Source: Mesotaenium endlicherianum
Lineage: Eukaryota
Reading direction: 5' to 3'
Assembly: GCA_009602735.1 (NCBI GenBank)
Contig: WELA01002119.1
Location: forward strand, 1 to 64,000
DNA length: 64,000 nt
In this document: piece by piece, positions 37,913 through 50,200 of the stretch
Layout of the letters: each line of letters starts with the position of its first letter
Position numbering within the stretch: the stretch's first letter is position 1
The notes under the pieces: generated by a model
The model's input: only the letters and a program-made list of their open reading frames with translations
The model's database searches: none
Told to the model about the DNA's origin: nothing
Position numbers and translations under genes: made by a program

Positions 37913-40900
37913 CCGTCACTTAGGCTGCACCCTCCACCAAGTCCTCTGAAGGCATGTATCTGTCTGCGACAAACAAATTGAAGCATAGGTCCCAAGGCCC
38001 GGCCCCGCTCATGGCTCGATCCAACATCCTCACCTGGGACAATGTTCAGCAGCAGAGAGGGAGCGCAGGGAGCGTAAGATGCATGCACATAGAGGGGGGC
38101 ATATTAGGCTGCAGTAGCGCGTAGGAAGGGGGCAGGTTGAGGGGGGCTTAAGAGGAGCCCAGGGAGAGGAGCACCGTACCTTGAGGAGGTAGTCGGTCAT
38201 GATGTGAGAAGCGCTGCCTTGCACCGCCTGGGCCTGCCAAGAGAGCAAGAGCAAGAGCAAGAGCCGCAGCAGTAAGTGATGTCAGGCATGCTGATATAGG
38301 TACAGCTGGTTGGGGGCCACCTGGCAGTTCTTTTTCAAGCCTCCTCCGTAAACCACTAAGCCTCCCCCAAGATGCGTGGTCGAATAGGTTGAGTCAGCAG
38401 AGGCACGGGAGCATGGAGCTGCAGTCAGACTCCATCAAAGTCATGCATGAACAAGGAAGGCAATTGCTGAAGGCTGATGCACAAGGTGCTGTGTACCTTC
38501 ATGAAAGCATCCAAGGCAGGGTCAGGCGTAATGCCGGCCTCCTTCTCCCGCCGCAGCAGCTCCCTCAGCATGTCTGGACGACCAAGGCAGTTGCACAAGG
38601 TTGGCGCGCCGAGCACAATTAATATTTCACATGCCAATCATGCAAACGTCAAAAGCGAATCCCAGTAGCTGAAGAATAGCAGCCTGCTAGTTCATTCATG
38701 ATTCAAGCACATTCACCAGGAGCCCCCGTCCTGAGACACAGCCCTGCACCATGAAAATAGCAACGGAAAAGGAGACCTCAGAGCGCACGCACCCGCTCGG
38801 TAGCCGGGACCCTGCACGCGCGCGGAGAAGTCGAGCGTCTCTCGCACCGTCATCTCGCCAATGTGGTTGTCGTTCTGGCTCACGTACGCCGACGTGCGCA
38901 CCGGCACAAACTCGTCCAAGCCGTACCCATTGTACGTCACCGCCCCCGTGGCCTGCTCACTCAGCCCGTCACTCAGTCTGTCAGTCTGTCAGTCACTCAG
39001 TCACTCTTTCACTCTGTCAGGGGCCGCCGGTTCACCAGCACAAGCGCGCCAACCGGGCTCGACAGCTGTCAGCCTGTGCGTAAGATGAAGCCATGCTGGT
39101 CTTGGGCCTGGGGCCGGAGCCACAGGAGCCAAGAGAGGCCTGCCTGCCAGCGCGCTTTCTAGAGCACCTGCAGTTCCCTGAGCACAAGCACCAGCACTGC
39201 TGCCCTCTGCAGCTGGCGCTTTTACGTTAAAGATCATACGCCGTGGCAAGGCTAGAAAGGGCGGCAAGGCAGGCAGGCATGAGCGCAGTGCAGGAGCATC
39301 AAGCATGTGCGTGCAAGCAGAGATCGGGGGCACGTGGTCATGTGAGTGCACTCACGCGCAGGTCGCCGTCCAGGATGCCGGCCAGGTACTTCATGAGCGT
39401 GCTCTTGCCGGCGCCGGGGGGCCCCAGCAGCAGCGTCATGCGGCCGGGCTTGAGCACGCCGCTCACGCTGTGCAGGATGGGGAACTCCTGCCGCCGGTCC
39501 GGCAGCAGCCGCAGCCCCACCGCCAGCGACTGCACCCCGCAGAACCGCGCGCACGTGCAGGCATGAGACATCCAGCCACATACACGGAGTTGAGTGAACT
39601 TGTTGTCTGAAGAGAGAACCAACCTGGAGCAATGTGGAGCAATTAATGTGGAGCAAGTTACTCAATTTGTTGGTTTGGATTGTACAGGGCAGCAAGGCAG
39701 TGACAACAAGCGCATTGGTCAAAGTTGCCTACCTCCAGACAGTTCTGGGTGAAATTGGGAAGAGTGGGCAGCGCGCGGCGGCCGAGGTACACGCTGGCGT
39801 CCACCTTCACGTTCTCAAACTTGACCTCCACCGTGGGAAACTTCATGTCGACGCTGTAAGATACAAATGTAGAGCCCACATTTGATGCATTGTCAGCAGA
39901 TGTTGTATACAAGCACTTAGTCCCCCTGGGGTGGATTTTTGCTGAGCAAAAGTTCTGCAAGTCCAGTAGCCATCGATGCGCACATGTTGCAGTTGTACTT
40001 TTGGCTTCCAAATTTACATACAAGCAGCTGCTCAATTTGTTTGAGTTTAGAAAGGCGTGGAGGGACTGACGCGTCAAATCGCTCGCGTAGCTTCACAAGA
40101 AGCTCCTCATTGTCCTGGTCTGTTGTCTCCAGCACCCTCTCCACCAGCTTCTGGCGCTCCGCCGCGGTGAGCCCCGCCACGTCCACCTCCTCTGCCGCGT
40201 ACTGTCCGTCGCCAAGGGCCTGCACCCATTTGCAACACATCGTTGCTTGGGTTCCATTCCACATCCAGGCTTGGAGCTTTATGCCTCCTTTTCAAATATT
40301 CTTACACTGATCATTATTCAAGAAGAGCATTACCTTTGATTCAAATGCGTGCAAAATAATTGTTTATTCAAGGAGGGTGTAGTATGAGAGCATTCTCACC
40401 AGCACATACAGCTACTGCAGGTATACTTTGAATAAACTTGGTAGCCAGCACATGATCCAGGTGATATACGAGTCTCAGCCAAAGACCATAGAGCAACCCC
40501 ACAGCTCTGAGGCCTGACACAATAGGCTGCAATTCGTGAAGATATCTTGTCCAACGTATTTCAGGGAGGAAAATCAGCAGCTGCAGCCTTGTCCTTTGTG
40601 CATGGCTCATCTGATCACTAGGCCCAACATGTATATTGCCAATGCAGCGGACTTTCAGCGTCGCGCTTGATTCAGCGCCACACAGGTATGAGTTGGCATC
40701 GCACCCTTGAAATGACAGCAGTTTTGAGGCGGTCGGAAGTGGGCAAGCAGTCCAGAGCAGCCAGTTTGCGGCTCTCCTGATCAACATCGCCATACTCGAT
40801 GTCTGCGGCAAAGCATCGATGAGTCCATGGTCAGACTTAATTAGCTTCCAGTGTGATTTCTGCTCTGTGACTTATGGCCCAATTTAGCCTGATGCTTTAT

Positions 40901-41236
40901 TACATCTGAGACATACAAACATTTCTATGTGGACGCACAAAGACCTGTGTGAGCAGCACGCGGAATCATAGAATTACTTGGAGAAAATGATAAAACAAAA
41001 ACTATGTGGGCCATGCAATGTATCTGTCGAGTTGTAAAAAAGGTAAGTAGGGCTAGAATCGGTGCATGCATGATGGTGACATTATCAGTTTGGCCATATG
41101 ACTGACCTGAGAAAGTGGACTTGGCACTCAGGCTGCCGAGCGTCTCCAAGGCAATGGATGCTGCTCGGCCGAGGGAGCTTCCCCGCCTCATAACTTCAAT
41201 TGGCGGATGAGAATCAACATCTTCGAACTCGTGCAT
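29777..41236 (-). CDS. PDR/ABCG: Full-size ABCG/PDR transporter, copy 2 (inverted paralog; span includes introns)
   Basis: Same exon series and intron positions as copy 1, from MHEFEDVD... (41236-41107) and [27 protein letters not shown] (40802-40705) to LNFQNK*. No stops or frameshifts were noticed in the exons read. Confidence 0.92.
35880..35988. repeat. Compound (CG)n/(CA)n/(CCA)n intronic microsatellite
   Basis: Seen directly, next to a splice acceptor of PDR copy 2. Confidence 0.9.
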
Positions 41237-42354
41237 ACTGAACAAAACCAGCTCAGCAATAATTTTGGTCAACCTTGGGTGGATGATATGTTAACGTTGG
41301 TTTTAGTTGCTCGCGTATACGCTGTTGTAGAACTTAAATGGAGCCTACGTACGCTCGAGTGAACTTAGTTCCGTTGCATGCGCATGGGCGCTTGTGCGAG
41401 AGAGAGTTCGGGCTGTCTTTTTGATGTGGCGGGTTGTGTTCCTACCTCGTTTGAGTAATTTGCTCAGCAGAGTGCTAACTTCAGGCTAACTTCAGTTAGC
41501 CTAAGTACTAAAGGGTTGAGGGCCGAGTGTCGTGTGTCGTGACACGAGTTCGCAAGGAATCTCAAGCTGGAGATGTTGGCGTTGACTTCGGCAGGAATAC
41601 CAGTCTGACATCGCCAAACGTTGCCACTCATCGAGAGTTGACAGGTCCGGAGCTCCCAGCGTTGGCCATCTTAGCCAATCCCAGCAGGTCCCAGAGGATG
41701 TCGTTCTGGCACCACCGGCAACCTCCGGCCACTTCCGGCCAGCCTCTGATCACCTTCGGCAATACAGGCCACACAACACCGTACTAGGCCTGCACGGTGC
41801 ACCAGGCCGCTCCAGGCAGCTCCAGGCCACACTGCATAATTAATATTGCATAACATTGCCCAATATGGGTATCACCTTGTCGGTTCCAGCGTGTTAACTG
41901 AGGGCTCACTCGGGCGGACATCATTCGGCTTCAACCTGCCTGAAACCTGCCAGTCATGCGTTGACGAAAGTTGAGGATTGCTGACAGCCTGACACTGTAT
42001 CTTTCTGTATCTTACGGCCAGAAGCTGCGAAGTGCTTCAAAAAGCATTGGCGAAAACAGCCCAATCAGCCAATAGTAGCCAGATGCAGCCAAAAGTTCGA
42101 AGGCACAACAAAGGACCACATGGATGATGGGACGGCAAGTGACAGTGATGACCCCAGTTTGATCGCAGGATGCCAGAGCTGGCCCAAAGCAGGCCAAGGC
42201 TGGCCAATGTGGGCCAAAGTCGCCAGACTCCACTTTGATTGGGCCAGAGCAGGGCTAGAGTACCGTACTTGCTGGTATCAAGGGACGGCAGGTTCCAGGG
42301 GATGATTCAAGATAAAATAATAAAATAATTTACTAATGCAATTTTTACGTATCC

Positions 42355-42426
42355 GGATCTGTGGCGCAATGGTAGCGCGTCTGACTCCAGATCAGAAGGT
42401 TGCGTGTTCGATTCACGTCAGGTTCA
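42355..42426 (+). tRNA. trnW-CCA: tRNA-Trp (CCA), intronless
   Basis: GGATCTG...CAGGTTCA cloverleaf with anticodon CCA at 42387-42389, an AT-rich upstream region and TTTT near 42450. It closely resembles plant cytosolic tRNA-Trp. Confidence 0.96.
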
Positions 42427-44258
42427 TTCACCTGAATTAAACCGGTACCTTTTGCAGTGGCCTAGCCTCTCGGCATGTTTTTTAGAAGCCTCCAGGCTTT
42501 CGACCCCTTCGTTCGTTAACTTATTCCTTCATCTTTTGTACACTTCACTCTCGTTCTCGTGCATGCCATTTGTCAACAATATACCTCTTTGGCACATCAA
42601 TCAAAAATCAACGGGATAATTGTGGAATGGGCCCAAACTTTCAAAAATAAGGAAGACCTACTTTCAGAAATGAAGAAGACCTATAATACTCAATTGGACT
42701 TGCACAAGTAAACGTATTCATTGTAAGAACCTGGTGGCAAATATGACGTGAAAAAATAATGGAAATCAAAATTCACCCGACAAGCCTTCTTGTTCCCCTC
42801 TCCGGTGAGATGTGAAAATGAAAAGGTGTGTGCAAAAAAACTATAGAATAGTTTGCAAAAAAAAATATATAGACACCTTCTTCATCCTTGCCCTTTTTGT
42901 TACTTGTTTTTTCTACGACTTTCTTTCAAAATTCACAAAGCTGGAAGCAGCTCGTATATTATCCCTCACAATCGCGATGATGAAAACCAGTTTAATTTCC
43001 CAATACCCTTTGTACAACTTCAAGTCCCATTTGAAGCAAGAAAAATTAAGGTGAAGGAATTTTCTGAACTGCCTTCTCCCCACCTGGTGGGTCCATGGGC
43101 TCAGATCACCCGGGACTCAGTCAACCAAGTAGAGCATTCTTTAATTTTTGTGCTATGGTTGGTACGGTAAAATTTGAGAAGGAGCCACTTGCACTGCCCC
43201 TCACTCTAATCTGATTCATCGGGTCAACAACCAAGTCTGAGTGTCTGAAGAGTTAAAGTTCCCATTACAAACAGAACCTTGGTTAAGAACCAGGTACTTT
43301 GTAGAGTATGACAGTAGTTGTTTGCAGAGCTGCAAACACGGGCATGGCATCTTGTTGGCAGCTGCTGCTCCACTAAAAACTTCAACCAACTAGGTCTTCT
43401 TCATCGTTGAAATTGTGCCCACAACCTAGTCTCAATTGTATCTTTTGAGCATCACAGCCTCAAAATATACAAGTGCTTAAACATCAAATTTGATCTATTG
43501 TTCCACCGCTAGGGAATTCTCATAGCTCTGGTGAGTGCAGTCCCAACGCAAAACTCCAGCAGGGATTTCGTTCCAACATATTGGATTGCTGGGATGAAGC
43601 AATTGGTTGAAGTATCCGTTACTGTAGAGTTATCAAAAACTCTATACCAAATTGGGAAACAAAAAAGTCTGACCAATGTCAAAACATCGGCCCATGTGAC
43701 GAAGTTTGACAATCAATTATCTCCTTTTCAGGAAGTCAATTGCGATGGCCGACATTTCGTTCAACGTGTAGGATCCAACCACGTGTAGACCGCGATATCA
43801 ATAAAACGCAAACTTTTATGCATATGTATCAACTGGATTAATTTTCATAATATTGGGTAAGACCTTTGAGTACGTGACAAAAACAAGGGACATAAGCGAT
43901 TGAGGCAAGAATTTGATACTCAAACCGATATAGTGTTTCAAATAAAAGAAATCCCGCCACCGTTACATGTACTAAGCAGTGTGTGAGAATCATGAGGCAA
44001 CAACGATAAGTGAGCAATGCGGGCACGACTTAGTAGTCAACATAGACTGCACAAACGCCAATGACACGTCCCACCACCAAAGATTGTAAGCACTACCATT
44101 GCCATATAACTGGTACTCTACAAGGATCTCTTTTGATATATATGAGTTATAACATCTCAAAAAGCACAAGCAATTGCTGGACAATGCCTGCGGTGGATGG
44201 CTGCAAAACCACGTGGGAGAAGCATCAATTTATTTATAATCCCGATATTTGTACAAGC

Positions 44259-47200
44259 CTAATTCTTAAGAGGGGCTTTCTTGACTCTATCGGAGATTCG
44301 GTCAGGGCCACTCGTGTGAGATTTGAACCTTCCTCTTCCACCATCCTCTTCTTTTTCCTGCATGGTACACATCCCCAACCCACATTTGAGCAAGAAGTCG
44401 TCGGAACGATGCCAAACACTTTACATGGCCTGCCAGCTAATTCTAAAGCATCATCTATTCAGGACACGCGCACACACAGGACAGGACCCACTCATTATGT
44501 TCTTCGAGTACATCTGCCCACATACAAAATCTCGCCTCATGTTTTCACTATGTGTAAGTCTACAACAATTTTGCAAATATCATGAATTCATACAAAGCGG
44601 CTGCAGGGGTCTAACGCGCCTGACCACGTTGTTGCACAAGCCGACCACCACAGCAGAAAGAGCGGCATGTGCCAGGACCACACTTATCAGCAAAAGGACA
44701 AACCTCAGAGTACCACACGCTAAGAGGGCCTGAAGAAGAAAATGCGCTTCTCGACCCTTTCTCCGGACAAAGAGAAGACGCGCGCGGGTGAACGTACCTT
44801 CTTCTTGACGATCTGGACGACGTCCTCGTCTGTCAGCAGGTGGCTGGTGCCGCAGCGCTGCGGGAAGTGCTTGGCGCTGCTGCCCCACACAAGCACGTAC
44901 TTGACGTCGCGCAGCAGGTTGCGGTGGATGTGGTTGCAGAAGTCCTCCACCGTGCAGCCGCCGCGATCCTGCCCCGCCGCCACCACCACCGCCACCGCCA
45001 AGTGCCAGTGCCAAGCATCTCATCCCGTCAAATCCCCTTTGGCACACGTAAGCCAGGCAACAGCGGCGGAGCCACGTACCTAACTCATCCCACACGCACA
45101 GGTCGAGTAAGACAGATGTTCTACAGGTAAAATGAGGCGCACACGGTTCAGCGCCTGCAATTCCCCGCGCGCGACAGGCGTCGCCTCCGACAGGGTTTGC
45201 CTCCCAGCCTCCTCTCGATGTGTGCACAGCGGCAGTGCGCAGGTGTGCATCCCATGCCGAGCAAGAGGAGCGCGAGCGTCGAGATGCCGCTGCGGCGTGA
45301 TGTTGCGTGCGAGTGAGCAAGTGCAGTGCTATCGCTGAATTGCGGATTGCCACCAACAGAGTGCAGAGCCGGCGCTGGACTGCATGGATCCCAGGAATGA
45401 GTAGGACTTTTTTTATTCGCAGGTCGACTTCTACGAGGCTGTGCTTAGGGTATATGAGCCCCCCTTCTGGTGTTTCAAATATAGTTTGTTCCTGCGGGCC
45501 AAAAGTCCTACCAATTCGCTCTGCCTGCTGGTTTCCTCAGATTTCCTACTCCCCATACTTCTGTCCCGAGAGACTGCGGTGTGCAGCCGCTGTGTCATCA
45601 TGCAACCGTCTTCATCCCTGTCTGCACCAAGGCTAAGTACGGGGGGAAAGCCCTTCTGTGGCAGGTGGGCACCCACTGCGCAGTCCAAGAGAGTGACTGC
45701 GGACGCTCGTCACTCTACAAGAGAGATACCAAGCAAGCAGTCACTGTCCGTGGGGACCTGGGGCCAGAAGCTGCAGACCCGCCACAAATGGACAAGCACA
45801 AAGGGGCGAATCGCCGCTGCTCCATTCATATATTATACTCTCCTCCCCCCCCTCCCCCTCCAACCCCCCACCCNNNNNNNNNNNNNNNNNNNNNNNNNNN
45901 NNNNNNNNNNNNNNNNNNNNNNNNNNNNNNNNNNNNNNNNNNNNNNNNNNNNNNNNNNNNNNNNNNNNNNNNNNNNNNNNNNNNNNNNNNNNNNNNNNNN
46001 NNNNNNNNNNNNNNNNNNNNNNNNNNNNNNNNNNNNNNNNNNNNNNNNNNNNNNNNNNNNNNNNNNNNNNNNNNNNNNNNNNNNNNNNNNNNNNNNNNNN
46101 NNNNNNNNNNNNNNNNNNNNNNNNNNNNNNNNNNNNNNNNNNNNNNNNNNNNNNNNNNNNNNNNNNNNNNNNNNNNNNNNNNNNNNNNNNNNNNNNNNNN
46201 NNNNNNNNNNNNNNNNNNNNNNNNNNNNNNNNNNNNNNNNNNNNNNNNNNNNNNNNNNNNNNNNNNNNNNNNNNNNNNNNNNNNNNNNNNNNNNNNNNNN
46301 NNNNNNNNNNNNNNNNNNNNNNNNNNNNNNNNNNNNNNNNNNNNNNNNNNNNNNNNNNNNNNNNNNNNNNNNNNNNNNNNNNNNNNNNNNNNNNNNNNTC
46401 CCCCTCCAACCCCCCACCCCACTCCTGTCCCCCTACCGGCCCAGTGATTTCGCAGAGAAAGGAGACTGGACCACAGGTGGCAGCTGGATGGCCCGAATGG
46501 CGCGGCTGGCAGATAGACAGGCAAGGGCAGAGGGAGCGGCAGACATGCAGGCCTACTACCTTGGAGAGCACGACGGGGTCGCCGAAGTCGGGCTGCGAGC
46601 CCTGTGGCTTGGTGTACACGCGCACCAGCCCCATCTCGTCCCACATGCGCGCCAGCAGCCGGTCCAGGTTCAGCTGCACCGCCCCCCTCGCCCGCCCGCG
46701 CACGCGCGAGCGCACACACGCAAGAAGCGACAGCAACGCACGCGGCACGCGAGGACGTGGCCACCAGTCAGTTGCTCCCTTCCTGTGGCTCCTCCCCTCC
46801 CCTCCTCTGGGCATGGGCTTGCCAGCCAAGCCACAGCTGCGGGTGAGCGTGCTAGAATGGGTGTGGGTGTGGGTGCGGGTGCTAGTTCAGGCAGACGGGG
46901 GTCGGGGTGCATGATCACCAGCTGCCGGTCTCAGTCTGGCTGCATCATAGTACTGACGTCTGCAGGTGCCAAGAGCAGCACCACATTGCACACGTCAAGT
47001 AAGCCCTGGCTTCAGGTCTCTAGCGCGCTGGCTCTATAGGACAGGAGGTGTAAAGTGAAGAGTGCTCCCACCACATGCCCCGAGTTTACGCACGCGCGCG
47101 TGTGTTTATCTGTGCGTGTGCGTGTGCGCGCATGTGCATGCGCGCGCGCGTGTGTGTGTGTGTGTGTGTTTGCGTGTGTGCAGAGCCCGCTTACATTACT

Positions 47201-50200
47201 GCACATGGTGTGTATGCACTGGCATTGCCACGAATACTCAGCTGCAAGCAACTCTGAGCACACAGACAAACAGAAGTACAAGAACACACATCAACAGAAT
47301 AGAGGCTTCAACATCCACCTGAGCACCGCGCAATTACAAACAGAGATGTGCTTGCAGGCACGCACACGTTGCATTCAACACTTCATGCAGGAACAGACAC
47401 AAACACATATCCTCATATGAGGAATCTAATTTGGATGCATGCGCGCAAAAGGGAAGACTACCTTGGCCTGCGCGCTGATGACGATGGAGTGCGGCTGCCG
47501 CGCCAACCGATCGACGTCGTCGATTCCCACCACGTCAATCTTGTTGTACACGTACACGCACTTTATGTACTTGCGGTTGCCCTCGATCACGTCGATCAAA
47601 TCATCCACCGTCGAATCTTCCCGGAACAGGAGCTGCACCCATTCACCCAGCCAGACACAGAACAGAGACAGAGACAGAGAGAGAGAGAGAGAGGCACAGA
47701 CAAGAGCACCCCAAGCGTCCCTCCCCGGCATACGAGAATGAGTAAGCAACCAAGTTTTCTGACACAACAAGTAGTGAGTGTTATGCTGCCACTAACGCTC
47801 CCGCCTCCTTTTCCTTCCCTCCTTGCCCTCCCTCCCTTCTTCCCTTTTGCTCTCTCCAATGCCTCCTTCTCTTCTCCCGCCCCCCCCTAGCCCACTCTCT
47901 CTCCTCCCTCTTCACACTTCTGACATCACCTGATGCCTTGGCACGCGCTCCGAGTTCTATCGGGCCAGAACAATAATCGGCCAACCCTCCTTGTCAGCCT
48001 TGGGCAGCCGTGCTTGGTAGCGCCAAAAAGGGCTGTGAGCACCACCCTCTGCCCTTGAAATCCCACGGCACACCAGCCCCTCATCACTCCAACCACACAA
48101 GCTCCACCGCAGGCCAGCCGTGGCGACACGGGGGGGGGCGGCGCGCACACCTCGGCGTTGTGGATCTTGTACTCGTGCAGGATCTGGTAGCACAGCTTCT
48201 CGTCGATGTGCGTGAGCTGCGCCACCGTGTTGAAGCTGATGCCGCCCGTCTTCTTCCTCTTGAAGTATATCTGCCGCCACCGCCACCGCCACCGCCATTG
48301 CCACAGCCACCGCAACCGACACCAGCCCCACCAGCAGACGTACATCGCAGCACAAACGGTTGGAGCACAATCCGTCAGCTGTGCATGCGCTGCGTGCGCG
48401 CGCACGTGGCAGCGTGTGCCCATCAACCAGGGACCACAGAGCGCGAACATGAGGTGGACGCGAAAGGCAAAAGCACAACGATAATTTTCAAGCTGGGCCA
48501 GCCCCCAGGCGAGTGTGCCAGGGACGGAGGAGGACGAGAAGCGGCCTGTCTGCCCCTGCCCTTGCGCCAGTCCACAGCCCATGGGCAGCAGCAAGCCGCC
48601 CCTCCAGCCTCCCAAGCTCACGCGGCGCTGGCAACGTGTGCTCCCCTCCCCCCTCCCTCCCCCCCCAGCAGTGGGTGGTGGAGGGTGCCGATGCTCTCTC
48701 TGCAGTGTGTATATGACACGTGTCTGCTGTGTGCTGGTGCTGCAAGAGCTCACCCGGGTCCCGCCAAGCGCATAGATGGGGGCAGATCAACGATGCATAG
48801 GGAGGCAAAAAGGGCCAAGGGCAGCTCACCCCCCCTCCTGCTAGCACGCACGAGACACACCCACAGCGACAGGTGACTGCAGCAGTGTGGCAGCCAGGAT
48901 CACCTCCCCCTTCCCCCCCTCCCTTTTCAGGCCCCTGACTACCGCTGTGCATGCAGCCAGCACAGCAACAGCTTGGCGTGCGCACCCGAGGCGGGACAAA
49001 GGGGTAACCAGCACTTGCTCTGCGGGCAGATGCATGCTTGGGCGGGCAAGCGAGCAGGCGGGCGGGCGCAGGCGTACCTGGGGGGGCCGCTTGTTGAGGC
49101 GCAGCCCGACGGCCTCGAGCTCGCGCGTCAGAATCTGCCGATGCCCCTCGCTCTGCACGCCAAACGCCCAGCCCGTCCGCCCGCACGCGCGGCACCCGCA
49201 CAAGATGATGGGGACGAGCATCAGCTGCAAGCCTTTGCGGCAAGGGAACAGAAAAGGGTTGAGCCGCGGTTGGCCCTGGGGCCCCTGGGATGGCGACAAG
49301 CCCCCAAAGCACGGGCCCGGCTCAGGCAGGTGGGAGAGGGGGGAGGCCCCTCCCTGTCCCTCTCTGCCTCCCGTCTTTGCCACTCAACACAGGCAGGCCG
49401 GGCGCGCAACGGACGCTCTCTCCTCGACCACATTCTTGGAGTCTGACAGAGTCAACCAGTACGCAGACACAGGAGGGCCGGCGAGTGAGAGAGGCGGTCA
49501 GAGAGAGTAGAGCTGCGCCCGAGACGTTGTGCGTTGCGCTGAGCCTCGCCGTCGTTCTGCGGCGGAGGTGGCAGGGGAGGGGAGCTCTCTCCCGTGCATT
49601 CTGATCTCCCTCAATCCCCAGAGGAGGGGAGAGGATGCTACAGACTTAAAGTCACAGCAGCAAAAGGGAGGGGGGGAGGGGGGGTGGCACGATGAGCTGG
49701 AATTTTGCAGGGCAGGGCAGTATGGCGGGGGCCATAGTAAAAGGTCTCTGTCAGCAAGGGGGAGAGAAAGGTGGGAGAGGCAGGCCCGGCAACGCAGCCT
49801 GGTGGCAGAGACAGGAGAGGAAGGACCTGCTGCTGCTGCAAACGCTTACCTTGCCGGCGTCCAGCACCATGAGCACCAGATCTGATGACTTGGCCACCGC
49901 AATGACCTGTCAGCAAACCCCCCCCCCCCNNNNNNNNNNNNNNCCCCCCCCCCCAATGCCAACCACCACCCGGCGCCATGTGACCTCAAGCGTGTGAGGC
50001 ATAGAGAGAGCTAGATAGAGAGGGAGAGGAAGAGTGAGTCAGAGGGGGTGCCCCACTCGGAGCTCTTCGCACGCGCACACACACGCACACGACACGCACA
50101 CACACACACACACACACACATGCACACACACAAAGCCAAGAGCATGACAAGCGAAAGACCCAAAGAGAGATAGGAGCACTCCCAGGCAAGATCGAAGCAC

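Noticed and set aside
41470..42300. MITE or other element upstream of PDR copy 2 (AGGCTAAC/GTTAGCCT palindrome, GGCCA-rich repeats)
   Set aside because: No terminal inverted repeats or TSD could be defined.
45441..47039. Long ORFs of 190-530 aa
   Set aside because: Artefacts of reading through the N gap.
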